A DNA stretch of 64,000 bases, taken from positions 32,001-96,000 of the forward strand of contig CAWFAD010000008.1 of the NCBI GenBank assembly GCA_963813815.1, written 5' to 3'. Position numbers and translations under genes: made by a program. Position 1 is the first letter of the stretch; each line of letters opens with the position of its first letter. Source of the DNA: an uncultured bacterium (GTDB lineage Bacteria; Krumholzibacteriota; Krumholzibacteriia; Krumholzibacteriales; Krumholzibacteriaceae). The notes under the pieces were generated by a model. That model was not told the DNA's origin, ran no database searches, and worked only from the letters and a program-made list of their open reading frames with translations. Shown in pieces: positions 37,181 through 47,593 of the stretch.

Positions 37181-37916
37181 TGCGTTTCTCCGGCCATACC
37201 CGGCACTTCAGAAGACACCAGACCGCCTCGAAAAAATCACGATAGCCGATCTTCTTTCCCTCGGCGGCCGTCCGGTAGCGGTACGTTATCGGCACCTCTA
37301 TGATCCGATGCCCGCGCCGGATCACTCTCGCCGTGACCTCCGGGCAAAACTCGAACCGCCGGCACTCGAGGCCGATGTCCTTGAGGAGCGAGGTCCGAAA
37401 CGCCTTGTAGCACGTAGCCTCGTCCGTCACCCGTTGCAGGTACAGCACCCTCACGAGGAGATTCAGAGACAGCACCCCGATCTTGAACTTCGTGAAGGGG
37501 AGGTCGTTTTTCTTGCTGATGTAGCGCGAGCCGTAGACGACGTCGCTGTAGCCTTTGCGGATGATCTCCACGAGGAGCGGATAATCGTTCGGATTGTATT
37601 CGAGATCGGCGTCCTGAACGATGCACACGTCGCCGCGCGCGTGCGCGATGGCCGTCCGAATGGCGGCGCCCTTCCCGAGGTTGCGCTCGTGCCGGAGGAT
37701 CGTGTAGCCGGGTCGCCCGGCGTACTCGGCGAGTATCTCGCCCGTGCCGTCGGTGCTCCCGTCGTCCACGACGATAACTTGTTTCTCGTAGGGGGCCGCC
37801 TCGACGCGGGACAGCAGCTCCCGAATCGTGCGCGCCTCGTTGAACGCCGGAACGAGCACGGACAGCAGGAAATTCTCCTCGATGGCGCGCGACACGGTTT
37901 TTCCTTTGCCGTTCAT
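37161..37916 (-). CDS. GT2 polyprenol-phosphate glycosyltransferase
   Basis: VPAFNE, VDDGSTDG, QDADLEY and VYGSRY motifs. Confidence 0.92.
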   Translation of the reverse strand: MNGKGKTVSRAIEENFLLSVLVPAFNEARTIRELLSRVEAAPYEKQVIVVDDGSTDGTGEILAEYAGRPGYTILRHERNLGKGAAIRTAIAHARGDVCIVQDADLEYNPNDYPLLVEIIRKGYSDVVYGSRYISKKNDLPFTKFKIGVLSLNLLVRVLYLQRVTDEATCYKAFRTSLLKDIGLECRRFEFCPEVTARVIRRGHRIIEVPITYRYRTAAEGKKIGYRDFFEAVWCLLKCRVWPEKRNERHIA

Positions 37917-37920
37917 GATA

Positions 37921-38727
37921 TCAGTTGAGCGGGATCGTCATGCCGACGGAGAGCGACACGTCCGGCGACGAATCGGAGAGCCCGATCATCGCCGTTCCGC
38001 CGGCGCCGCGGCCTCCGCTCAGGAGGTAATTGAAACCGACGCCGATCTGGCGCGGCGGCTCCACGCCGGACACGATCTCGGTGCACGAGAGATAGATGAC
38101 GCTCGCGAGCGCTTTGCCGCCGTCGAAAGACCGGCCGAGACTCGCGCTGAGGGAAAGAGGATTCTCGAAGTCGGTATCCGGCAAATCGCCGAGCGCCCAG
38201 TACACCGCCTCGACGAGCAGGAGCGTGCTCCCCGCCGCCTTGGCGAGGGAGATCCCCGCGCCGTAATCCCACTCCCCCGTACCGAGGCCGCTCGACGTAT
38301 CCGCGAAGGGGATCTTCGCCTCTCCGATGAGCGTCACGACCGGGAGATGCTCGTGCGGGCCGATCGCCTCGATATCCACTCTCGCTATCGGATCGCCGAT
38401 GCCGTACACGCCCTCGCTCTCGCTCGTTTGATCGCTCCGGAGATAGACGCTCGCGCTCGACGCGTCGACTTCTCCCCGGGGAATCACTCCGGCGCCCGTC
38501 GTGGATACCCAAGAAGTGCTCTGCGCGATCAGCGGAAACCCCAACGAAACCCTGACCGGGTGTACGGAAAGGTTCAATTCGTTGAGAAAACTGAACCCCG
38601 TGGTGCGCTCCGTGAGGCCGTACGTGCCGGAGCTCAGGAGCACCGATCCGGCGTAGGCGAGATCGGCCGCGCGAACCGGAAATGCGGCGACCGAGACCGC
38701 CATCGCGATCCCGGCCGCCCATTTCAC
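37921..38727 (-). CDS. Putative outer membrane beta-barrel channel (MetA-pathway/transporter-like)
   Basis: Signal peptide; GIGD and KIPFAD..GLGTGEWDYG motifs. Confidence 0.65.
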   Translation of the reverse strand: MKWAAGIAMAVSVAAFPVRAADLAYAGSVLLSSGTYGLTERTTGFSFLNELNLSVHPVRVSLGFPLIAQSTSWVSTTGAGVIPRGEVDASSASVYLRSDQTSESEGVYGIGDPIARVDIEAIGPHEHLPVVTLIGEAKIPFADTSSGLGTGEWDYGAGISLAKAAGSTLLLVEAVYWALGDLPDTDFENPLSLSASLGRSFDGGKALASVIYLSCTEIVSGVEPPRQIGVGFNYLLSGGRGAGGTAMIGLSDSSPDVSLSVGMTIPLN

Positions 38728-38764
38728 CAAATCAGAAGCTCTATCTTCGATTCGAAGCACGCCG

Positions 38765-39328
38765 TTACTCTGTCGTTTCGGCCTGCCCGAGGCGCTTGTT
38801 CATGCGCTCCATGATCGTGAGCATGTTCTCCACGCTCTCGCCCATGTTCTTGAAGCTCTCGTTGAGCTGGAACATTTCCTGTTCCATGCGCGGGTCGGAA
38901 ACCATTTCCTTTTTCTGTATCATCTTCTGGAGCTTTTCCATGGACTTTTTCATGTCCTTGGTCATGGTTCCGACCGACTTGTTCAGGCCTTCCATAAGGC
39001 GCAGCTGCTCCCGCACGCGCACCTGATTCCTCTGGGGGTTCTCGGCCATCTCGTTGCCGAGATTGTTGACGCGCAGTTGCAGGCGGTTCGCGTACTCCAT
39101 CATCTCCTGGTTGCGCTTCATCTGCTGCTGCATGAGCTGCTGGTTCTTCTGGAGCATCTGCTGCTGCATCTGTTGCTGCTGCTGTTGCTGCATCTGCTGT
39201 TGCTGCTGCATCTGCTGCTGCATTTGCTGCTGCTGCTGTCCGCCCTGCTGGGCGAAAAGCGCGGTTGCCGCCGCGGCCAGAACGATCGCGACGACAAAGA
39301 CTGCGATGACTGCCTTTGACAGCTTCAC
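38765..39328 (-). CDS. Secreted Gln/Met-rich helical protein
   Basis: AGGAGGT RBS; GTG start; signal peptide ending LFA; poly-Q tract punctuated by Met. Confidence 0.85.
   Translation of the reverse strand: MKLSKAVIAVFVVAIVLAAAATALFAQQGGQQQQQMQQQMQQQQQMQQQQQQQMQQQMLQKNQQLMQQQMKRNQEMMEYANRLQLRVNNLGNEMAENPQRNQVRVREQLRLMEGLNKSVGTMTKDMKKSMEKLQKMIQKKEMVSDPRMEQEMFQLNESFKNMGESVENMLTIMERMNKRLGQAETTE
39119..39240 (-). repeat. Imperfect CAG/CAA trinucleotide repeat encoding poly-Q
   Basis: Runs of TGC/CTG on the plus strand. Confidence 0.85.
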
Positions 39329-39484
39329 TTGGCACCTCCTTGTGCACAAACCCCTATCGGACACAACCGGAAATTCGCATAAAACATGCCCAACATCTTC
39401 TCCCCTAGCGCCTGCGGGGAATTGTACGCCATCGACGACCCGCAATCCAGCACCAATAATAGCGCACGCGGAAACGGGCGGCTC

Positions 39485-40579
39485 TCAAACGTTGAATCTG
39501 AAATCGATGATGTCGCCGTCCCGGACGACGTAGTGCTTTCCCTCGAGACGCAGCAATCCCTTCGAGCGAGCCACGGAGAGGCTCCCGGCCTCGACGAAAT
39601 CGTCGTAGGAGACGACCTCCGCGCGGATGAAGCCCCGCTCGATGTCGGAGTGGATCTTTCCGGCGGCCAGCCGCGCCGGCACTCCCTTTCTCACCGTCCA
39701 GGCGCGCACCTCGTCCTCGCCGACCGTCAGGAAGGAGACGAGCCCGAGCATGTCGTACGACTCGCGGATCATGCGCTCACGCGCCGAGACGGCGACGCCG
39801 AGGTCCTTCAGAAAAACCGCGGCGTCCTCGGGGGGGAGCTGGGATATTTCCATCTCGATCTTCCCCGAGAGAACGATCGGGTCGACGGGCGCGTCCGTAA
39901 AGCGGGCGGTCCTGCCTCGAATCGCCGCGCGCCAGGCGTCGCTCTTCGCGCTCGAGAGATCCTCCTCGGCGACGTTGATGACCGCCATCACGGGGAGCAT
40001 CGATATGAAATCGAGGTGCCGCAGGGCGGCCCGTTCCGCCTCGTCGAGCGCGAGATAGCGGAGCGGCATCTCCCGCTCGAGCGCGTCCCGGCACGTGCGG
40101 ACGGCGGCCTCTTCCTCGCGTCTCGCGGGCTTCCCTTTTCTCGCGGATTCCTCCATGGCGGCAATGCGCTTCTCGGCGAGGTCGAGATCGAAGAGCACGA
40201 GCTCGGCTTCGAGCGTATCGAAGTCGCGGACCGGATCGACGGCGCCGAGGGGATGCGCCACGTGCTCCCCCTCGAACCCGCGGAGCACGTACACGAGCGC
40301 GTCCGCGTCCTTGATGAAGCCGATGACCTTCCGGTTCTGCTCGGCGTCTCCCCGCGAGAGCCCGAGGTAATCCATGTATTCGACCCGGGTGCGGGTCGTC
40401 TTCTTCGGCTTGAAAATCTTGGCGAGCTCGTCGATGCGCCGGTCGGGCACGCTGATGACGGCCACGTTGGGCCCCTCCTCGATCGCCGCGTAGTTCGTCG
40501 TCGCGGCCGCCTGGCCGGTCAGGCTGTTGAAGAGGGTCGTCCGACCCGAATTCGAGATGCCCACGAGCGCGAGCTTCAT
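39485..40579 (-). CDS. ychF: YchF/OLA1 family P-loop ATPase
   Basis: VPDRRID, AAGKIHSDIERGFIRAEV and RLEGKHYVVRDGDII.FRFNV motifs. Confidence 0.9.
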   Translation of the reverse strand: MKLALVGISNSGRTTLFNSLTGQAAATTNYAAIEEGPNVAVISVPDRRIDELAKIFKPKKTTRTRVEYMDYLGLSRGDAEQNRKVIGFIKDADALVYVLRGFEGEHVAHPLGAVDPVRDFDTLEAELVLFDLDLAEKRIAAMEESARKGKPARREEEAAVRTCRDALEREMPLRYLALDEAERAALRHLDFISMLPVMAVINVAEEDLSSAKSDAWRAAIRGRTARFTDAPVDPIVLSGKIEMEISQLPPEDAAVFLKDLGVAVSARERMIRESYDMLGLVSFLTVGEDEVRAWTVRKGVPARLAAGKIHSDIERGFIRAEVVSYDDFVEAGSLSVARSKGLLRLEGKHYVVRDGDIIDFRFNV

Positions 40580-40708
40580 GACGTCTTTCTCCCGGGGACT
40601 CCGGAAACGACGAGCCGAGAGATTCTCCATCGGCCCTAAAATACTGAAATCTAACTTCTTTTTCGGAATTCGCAAGCGTTAAGGAAGGCCGCTTCGGGCG
40701 GAGCGGGG

Positions 40709-41878
40709 CTATCCTCCCGACCGTTTTCTCTTGCGGGCGAGAAGCGTCTGGTAGGCCTCGCCGACCCGCCGCGCGACGCTCTCGATGCCGAAACGCTCCT
40801 CGGCTACGGCCGCGGCCGCGGCCCCGAGGGAGCCCCGGAGCGCGGAATCTCCGAGAAGCCGGGATATCGCGTCCGCCGCCGCGACGGGGTCGCCCGGCGG
40901 CACTAGAATGCCGGTCTCGCCGTCCGTGATCGCGTCGGGTATCCCCCCGACGGAGGTCGCGACGATCGCCTTCCCAGCCGCCATCGCCTCGAGGAGCGAC
41001 ACGGGAAGGCCTTCCCGGATGGAGGTCAGCGCGAACACGTCGGCCGCCGCCAGAAAATCGGGAATATCGGTCCGGGCGCCGGCGAGAGCGACGGCGCCGG
41101 CGGCGCCGAACCGCTCGATCGCGGCCACCGCGTCGTCCCTCGCGCTCCCCTCGCCGACAATGAGGCACCGCGCGTCGGGGAACCGAGAACGCAGCAGAGA
41201 AACCGCCTCCACGAGGGTCGCGTAGCTCTTCGCCGGCACGAGGCGGCCGACCGCGAGCACGAGCCGGTCATTCGGCTCCCAGCCGAACTCGGCCATGACG
41301 TCCGCCTTGCCGCGCAGCGTCTTCCGGACGGAGGCCGAATCGACGCCGTTCGGAATGTACGCGAGCTTGTCCGGGGGCGTGCCCTCGCGGCGGCGCCGGA
41401 TCTCGATGATGTCGCGGCTCACGCAGATCCTGAGATCGGTCGCGGGCATGAGGAGCCGCTCGAGGAGAAGGTGCGGTTTCGATTTCCAGAGGTGCTTTCC
41501 GTGCTCGGTCGTGACGACGACGGGGACTCGAGCGATCGCTCCCGCGATTCGTCCCAGCACGTCCGCGAGCGAGAGATGGCAGTGCAGAACGTCGAATCGC
41601 CCGCGCTCGAGGTAACGAGCGAGCCGCAGGAGAGCGAACGGCAGGCTTCTCATGCGGAATTGAAGAACCTCATAGCCGTCCGCGAGCTCGCGCGCCCGCC
41701 TCTCCCACTCGGGGTCGCCCACCTTGAGGCAGCAGAGCGACACGTCGAACCGCGATCGATCGAGCCGCTCGAGGAGCTGCATGACGTGCGTCTCCGCTCC
41801 CCCGATACCGAGCCGCGGCAGGAGCAGGCACACGCGGATTTTTCCGGCGGCGGGGTCCTCCGGCATCGAATCCTTCAT
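40709..41878 (-). CDS. GT4 glycosyltransferase
   Basis: GGAETH, IPNGVD and EGLPVSLLEAMA motifs. Confidence 0.92.
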   Translation of the reverse strand: MKDSMPEDPAAGKIRVCLLLPRLGIGGAETHVMQLLERLDRSRFDVSLCCLKVGDPEWERRARELADGYEVLQFRMRSLPFALLRLARYLERGRFDVLHCHLSLADVLGRIAGAIARVPVVVTTEHGKHLWKSKPHLLLERLLMPATDLRICVSRDIIEIRRRREGTPPDKLAYIPNGVDSASVRKTLRGKADVMAEFGWEPNDRLVLAVGRLVPAKSYATLVEAVSLLRSRFPDARCLIVGEGSARDDAVAAIERFGAAGAVALAGARTDIPDFLAAADVFALTSIREGLPVSLLEAMAAGKAIVATSVGGIPDAITDGETGILVPPGDPVAAADAISRLLGDSALRGSLGAAAAAVAEERFGIESVARRVGEAYQTLLARKRKRSGG

Positions 41879-41898
41879 TCGTCGTTCGAGAGACAATA

Positions 41899-44150
41899 TC
41901 AGCGCAACAATATGAGCTTCTTGGCCTCGACTTGACCCTCGGCGATGAAGCTCGCGAAATACACTCCGCTCGCGAGCCGCGTTCCCGCGTCGTTCATTCC
42001 GTCCCAGCTCGCGGTGTGCGGCCCGGCCTCGGTCGTCCTGTCCGCGACGAGCGTTCTCACCCTGCGCCCCGCGACGTCGTAGATCGCGAGCGTCACCCTG
42101 GCGCGCTTCGCCAGATAATATTCGATGGTCGTCGCGGGATTGAACGGGTTCGGATAGGAGCCCCGGAGCATCGTCCGGCTTCCTCCATCGGGAAGATCGT
42201 GGCCCGTCGCGTCATCCGCGATGCCCGCGAGTCGAATGTCCCTGCACCGGAAGCCCTGATCGTCGACCGTAACGACCTCCATGAGGTACAGACCGCCCGG
42301 GAAGGGCGAGGTGTCCCACCGAAGCGTGTCCACGAGACCGTTGCCGCGGACCGGCCCGGAGGCGACAAGCAACCACGGCGCGCGATCGGCCGTCCCGAGC
42401 GAGCTTCTCGCGAGCGGGGAAGGCACCGGCGCGCCCTCGGGCGGCGAAACCTTGATGTACCCGGCCACCTTGGCGTCCCCTCCCGCCCCATTGAGATCGT
42501 ACCCCTCGGTCGACGGCTGACCCCCCCCGCCCGCGTCGAGCGGGTAGTCGTTGTCGGCCTGCGCGCCTCCGCCCCACGGATCCATGAAGTCGATACGCGT
42601 CTCGGGCGTTCCGGTGTAGTCCGAGTGCGTCGAGCCGAGGGTCACGGCGTGGGCGCTGGTGTCGCCGGCGGCCGTCGTGTCCTCGAGAATCACGATCACG
42701 TCCTCGCTGTCTGATTCGAACTCGCGGAACATTTCAGCGAGATCGGTGGCGTCGTCCACCGGGTGCCAATCGACCGCCCAGCCGCTCTCGCCGTGGCCCT
42801 GGAGGTAGCCGCCGATTCCGGCGACCATATTATCGGGGGTCGTTCCTTTACTCGTCGTTCCCATGGCGCCCTGCAGCTCCCTCGCCATATCCTCGCCGCT
42901 CATCTCGGGCCTCGCCTCGTCCCCGCCCACGTTATCGAGACCGGGATACCCCTTGCCGGCGAAGTACTTGAGACACGACGCCGCGGCCGCCGGCCCGCAC
43001 GACACCGAATCGAGATCTGTTCCGAGCCCGAGCTGGTCGACCGGGGTGAGCGCCCTCTCGAAATCCTTCTGCAGCGGGAACACCCAGATCTCGCTCATGC
43101 CGGGCGCCGGGAGCTCGTCGAAGAGCTGGTAGGTGACGTCGAAAAACGAATCGACGTCGTAATGCCCGATCGAGTCGCGTTGATGTCGAAGAACGAAGGG
43201 ATCGGCGGAGTCGGATCGACCCAAACGTCGACCGTATCCTTGAAAACCCCGTACGGAGGGATCAGGAGCGCCGCTTCGAACTGAACGCACTGGCCCTCGA
43301 AGGGCTCAGAGCCCGGGTCGAAATACGCGGACCACCCGTCGCCCGAGCCCATCGGTTGAATCGTCGACAAGGCGCGAGCCGAGCCGTCCGTATCGACGTG
43401 GAACGGAACGAAAGGCCCCAAATCGCCGCAGGGCCGGTAGCTGAAAATGGCCTCCTCCGCGCTGTAGTCTCCGGCGAGACCCGCCGACATGTGGATCATC
43501 CCGTCCTCGCCGACGATCGCCACCTCGGAGAGGTAGGCGGTCGAAACGGAGAGACGGACCTCGGGCTCGTAATGCGGGATCATCTCGTGCTCGATCGACA
43601 GCACCATGGCGGCGGTAGATCCGTCGCCGCGCAAAAGCGGAACGGGCGGCATGCCCGGCTCCGATTCGAAGCGGTCGAAATAGGGCGGCCAGCCGCGCGG
43701 CAATCCGAAGGTGCGGACCGGGACGCCGAAACTCAGCGTGTCCTTCGGAAAACGCTCGGGAATCACCATCTCGAAGGTGACGTCGAAGAAGCTCTCGACC
43801 CACGGCTCGGGATCGAGGAGATACGCCTTGCCCATGATGGGAAAGCCGGGAAGCTCCCTTCCCCAAACGCCGCTCCTGTTCCGCAAACGGATGGTATCGA
43901 TTCTCGAGTCGATCTCGAGATGCGGCGGGAAGAGCGGCGAGGGGTAGGGTGCGAGCCATTTCAGCTCGGCCGGCCCCCAGAGCCTGACGGTGTCCTGAAT
44001 GCCGAGCTCCGGGTAATCGATGAGCATCGTCATTCGCCAGTCGACCGTGGTCTCCTGCGGGCGCACCGCGGCCGGGAACAAGGCGCTCTGAAGAATCAAC
44101 ATCCCCACTGATGCGGCGAGAACGCAAACGGCCTTTCCCCTGATGTCCAT
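41899..44150 (-). CDS. Secreted protein with papain/C39-like peptidase domain and C-terminal FlgD-Ig sorting domain; frameshift near 43180
   Basis: Signal peptide; SCGPAAAASCL, HAVTL and MDPW motifs; YPNPFNP...IYDVAGRRV...WDG...SGVYF tail. Confidence 0.72.
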
Positions 44151-44358
44151 GGATCGACCTCCCCTAATCGGCGCGAGCCGGACGAAGCCTGCGTGACCGG
44201 CGCAATTATAGCACGGGAAGGGCGGGAAACTCCACCGGTTAACGGCGCATGGCGGACGCGTCCATCGCGTTCATTTGCAACGGGCTCGACGCCCCATTCT
44301 CGTCTTGACTCGCCGCGCGAGGCGGAGCATACTGTCTCCCGGAAAAAGGAGGTCAGAC

Positions 44359-45027
44359 ATGAGAAACGTCATAGTAATGGTCCTTCTCGCCGCGATGCTG
44401 GCCGGCGTCCACGAGTCGTGCGGCCTCAGCAAGACGGTGCAGGGCACGGCCATCGGCGCCGCGGCGGGCGGCGTGGTGGGAGGCATCATCGGCAAGCAGA
44501 CGGGGAACACCGCGGCGGGCGCCATCATCGGCGCGGCCGTCGGCGGAGCCGCCGGAGCCTACATCGGGAACTACATGGACAAGCAGGCGGAAGAGATGCA
44601 GCGCGACCTCGAGGGCGCGACGATCGAGCGCGTCGGCGAGGGCATCATGATCACGTTCGACTCGGGCATCCTCTTCGACGTCGACAAGGCGGCGCTCAAG
44701 GTCGACGCGCAGGCGAATCTCGACAAGCTCGCCGTCATCCTCAACAAGTACTCCGACACGAACATCATGGTCGACGGGCACACCGACGCGACGGGCTCGG
44801 AGGAATACAACCTGAAGCTCTCCCAGAGCAGATCGCAGTCGGTCGCGAACTACCTCGCGGGACTGCAGGTGATCCCTACCCGCATGACGATCATGGGGTA
44901 CGGCGAATCGCGGCCGGTCGCGCCGAACGAGACCGAGGAGGGGCGGACCCTGAACCGCCGCGTCGAGGTCGGCATCATGGCGAACGACAAGCTGAAAGAG
45001 GCGGCCGAAAAGAGCGCCGCGGGCTGA
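44359..45027 (+). CDS. OmpA family lipoprotein with glycine zipper
   Basis: GAAAGGVVGG glycine zipper; GHTD, YNLKLS and NRRVE motifs. Confidence 0.93.
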   Translation: MRNVIVMVLLAAMLAGVHESCGLSKTVQGTAIGAAAGGVVGGIIGKQTGNTAAGAIIGAAVGGAAGAYIGNYMDKQAEEMQRDLEGATIERVGEGIMITFDSGILFDVDKAALKVDAQANLDKLAVILNKYSDTNIMVDGHTDATGSEEYNLKLSQSRSQSVANYLAGLQVIPTRMTIMGYGESRPVAPNETEEGRTLNRRVEVGIMANDKLKEAAEKSAAG

Positions 45028-45109
45028 CGGTTTCGGAACGCCTTGCATGACGAGCGACGGCCGGGAGCCCTCGGGGCGCCCGGCTGTTCGCATGTTCGCC
45101 ATTTCTCGA

Positions 45110-45138
45110 TTGACACGCCGGTGCCCACGTCCTAGCAT
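45110..45138 (+). promoter_or_regulatory. Sigma70 promoter upstream of riboswitch
   Basis: TTGACA-17 bp-TAGCAT. Confidence 0.7.
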
Positions 45139-45150
45139 TCGACCACACAT

Positions 45151-45311
45151 ATTCCTCAGGTGCTCGCGAGGAGCCGAACAGGGAAGAGGGTGAGAATCCC
45201 TCACGGACCCGCCACTGTGAATGGCGAGCCTCCCGCCCGAAACCACTGGCGTAACGCTGGGAAGGGGGCGGGGGCGACGGAGCCACAAGTCAGGAGACCT
45301 GCCTGAGGAAT
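45151..45311 (+). promoter_or_regulatory. Cobalamin riboswitch
   Basis: AGGGAA..GGTG.GAATCC, GCCACTGT, CCACTG..GGGAAG and AGTCAGGAGACCTGCC motifs; P1 ATTCCTCAGG/CCTGAGGAAT. Confidence 0.95.
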
Positions 45312-45351
45312 CCAACGGCATCGAAACTCACGATGGTGGAGGTTTCGCCGC

Positions 45352-47238
45352 ATGACTCATCACCGACCCGCTAGAATTCTCTTCGCGCTCGCGCTTCTCT
45401 CCTCCCCCGCCGGAGGAGCGCGCGGCGAGCCCGCCGGCGACGGCGAGAAGACGTACCCCGGCCCCGAGATCGTCGTCACCGCGACGCGCATCGAGTGGCC
45501 CGTCGAAAAGACCGCGGGGTTCATCACCGTCATCACGAGGGACGACATCCGCGCCCGCCGCGCGGAGACCGTCGCCGACGCGCTCCGTGCCGTTCCCTCC
45601 CTCGCCGTGGCGCGATCCGGGAGCGCGGGCAAGGCGACGAGCATCTTCATGAGAGGCGCGGCGAGCAACCACGTCCTCGTCATGCTCGACGGAGTGCCGC
45701 TCAACGATCCGACGACGGGGGCTTTCGACTTCTCCGACCTCTCGACCGCGGGGGTCGAGCGCATCGAGATCGTGCGGGGAGCGCACGGCGTGCTCTACGG
45801 CTCGAGCGCGATCGGCGGCGTGGTCAACATCATCACGCACGCGAAGCGCTCCGGCGCCCGGCGGAGCCTCACCGCCGCGGCGGGCTCGCTCGGGAGCGCC
45901 GAGGGGGCCGTCGCGATCTCCGGGGGCGGCGCCTCGCACAGCTACTCGTACTCGCTCTCCGGCATGAAAACCGACGGCAGGACGGACAACGACTTTCACC
46001 GCCACGGAGCCTTTTCCGGCTCCGTCTCGACGGCGGTCACGGAGGCCGCGGACGTCTCGCTCAGCCTTCGCTGGAGCAGGGCGAGCACGGGGCTCAGCGG
46101 TCCGAGCTTCGACGGGGATCCCAACGCCCGGCAGGGCGGCGGCTCGTTCGTTTCGGCCGCGAACTACCGCCAGATCGTCAGCGGCTCCTGGAGCCACGAG
46201 GTCCGCGCCTCGTTTCTCTCGCGCGAGATCACGTGGAACGATCCCGTCGACCCGGCGGAGACGGATGAGTACGCGGGCGACGCCTTCTCGGAGATCAGCT
46301 CGAACGCGGCGAGCGCCGCCTGGCAGAACAATCTGCGGCTCGGCGAAGAGCTCTGGATCACCTCGGGCGCCGAATGGCGGGAGGAGCGGACGACGAACAG
46401 CGGTTACTCCCCCTTCGGCACGACGAGCTTCGACGACCGGATACGCAACGCGAGCGCGTTCGCGAACTGCATCGCCGACCGCGAGCGGCTCCCGACCATC
46501 TCCGCCGGCGCGCGCCTCGACGATCACAGCGAGTTTGGCTCGGTCGCGACGTGGCGGTGCTCCGCCTCGTACGCCGTTCCCCGCGTTGGAACGACGATCA
46601 AGGCCTCGGCCGGCACGGGGCTCCGCGCCCCGAGCCTGAACGAGCTCTACTACCCGGGCTACGGCAACCCCGCGCTCGTCCCCGAGCACAGCCGCGGCTG
46701 GGACTGCGGCGCGCGGCAGGATTTTTTCTCGGGCCGCGCGAGCGTCGAGGCGTCGTACTTCAACAACGAATACCGCGACATGATTTCGTTCGACTTCGCG
46801 ACCTTCATGGCGGGCAACATCTACGAGGCCTCGAGCGACGGCGTGGAGCTTCGCGCGGGGCTCCGGCCGAGCGGCGGAATCGCCGTCGAAGGGTACTACG
46901 CCTACACGCGGACCGAAGACCGCTCCACCGGCGAGTGGCTCCTCCGCCGTCCGCGGCACGCGGGCGGGGCGACCGTGGCGTGGGACGCGGGCCCGGTCGA
47001 GATGTTCGTCTCGGCGGCGGTCTCCGGCAGGCGGCTCGACAACGATTTCGGCGGTCCCCTCGGGGAGCATTACACGGAGGCCTACACGCTCCTCGACGCG
47101 GCGATCGCGTGGCGGCCCGCGCGGGGGTACGAGGTGTTTTGCCGGGGAGGCAACCTCCTCGACGAGCGGTACGACGAGGTCGCGGGGTATCCGGCGCCGG
47201 CGAGGTCGTTCGCCGTGGGGACGACGGTGGAATTCTGA
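45352..47238 (+). CDS. btuB: TonB-dependent cobalamin receptor
   Basis: IVVTATR TonB-box region; plug ERIEIVRG..LYGS.AIGGVVNII; terminal Phe; downstream of a B12 riboswitch. Confidence 0.88.
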   Translation: MTHHRPARILFALALLSSPAGGARGEPAGDGEKTYPGPEIVVTATRIEWPVEKTAGFITVITRDDIRARRAETVADALRAVPSLAVARSGSAGKATSIFMRGAASNHVLVMLDGVPLNDPTTGAFDFSDLSTAGVERIEIVRGAHGVLYGSSAIGGVVNIITHAKRSGARRSLTAAAGSLGSAEGAVAISGGGASHSYSYSLSGMKTDGRTDNDFHRHGAFSGSVSTAVTEAADVSLSLRWSRASTGLSGPSFDGDPNARQGGGSFVSAANYRQIVSGSWSHEVRASFLSREITWNDPVDPAETDEYAGDAFSEISSNAASAAWQNNLRLGEELWITSGAEWREERTTNSGYSPFGTTSFDDRIRNASAFANCIADRERLPTISAGARLDDHSEFGSVATWRCSASYAVPRVGTTIKASAGTGLRAPSLNELYYPGYGNPALVPEHSRGWDCGARQDFFSGRASVEASYFNNEYRDMISFDFATFMAGNIYEASSDGVELRAGLRPSGGIAVEGYYAYTRTEDRSTGEWLLRRPRHAGGATVAWDAGPVEMFVSAAVSGRRLDNDFGGPLGEHYTEAYTLLDAAIAWRPARGYEVFCRGGNLLDERYDEVAGYPAPARSFAVGTTVEF

Positions 47239-47329
47239 CGGGCGCCGTGGTATACTGCCCGAGCCCGCTTCGCGCGGGTCTTCAGCCGGCGCGGCGCCGG
47301 CGTTCGCGAATCACGAAAGGGGGACCGCC

Positions 47330-47533
47330 ATGGCAGTCGCACGGGTAACCGAGATCGTCGCGTCCTCGCCGAAGGGTTGGGCCGAGGCGGCTCAGGAGGG
47401 CTTCAGGCGCGCGGGCAAGACGCTCCGCGGCATCACCGGTCTCGAGGTCGTCAAGCAGACCGCCCACATCGAGGGCGGCAAGATCGTCGAGTACCGCGTG
47501 ACGATGCGCTTGATCTTCGTTCTCGAGGAATAG
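47330..47533 (+). CDS. Dodecin family protein
   Basis: EIVASSPKGW..A, KTLRGI and EYRV motifs. Confidence 0.9.
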   Translation: MAVARVTEIVASSPKGWAEAAQEGFRRAGKTLRGITGLEVVKQTAHIEGGKIVEYRVTMRLIFVLEE

Positions 47534-47564
47534 GCGCGCCCGCGTACGGACCGCGGCCTTCGAG

Positions 47565-47593
47565 CGAGCCCGGCCCCTCGGCCGGGCTCGTTT
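47565..47593 (+). terminator. Hairpin between convergent dodecin and phoU
   Basis: CGAGCCCGGCC-cctc-GGCCGGGCTCG-TTT. Confidence 0.7.

Noticed and set aside
39054..39533. Cys-rich and Leu/His-rich ORFs on the plus strand
   Set aside because: Antisense translations of the poly-Q CAG tract.
1037..47590. Shared stem CGAGCCCGGCC in the hairpins at 1037 and 47565 as a REP family
   Set aside because: Only two copies, both between convergent genes; adequately explained as terminators.
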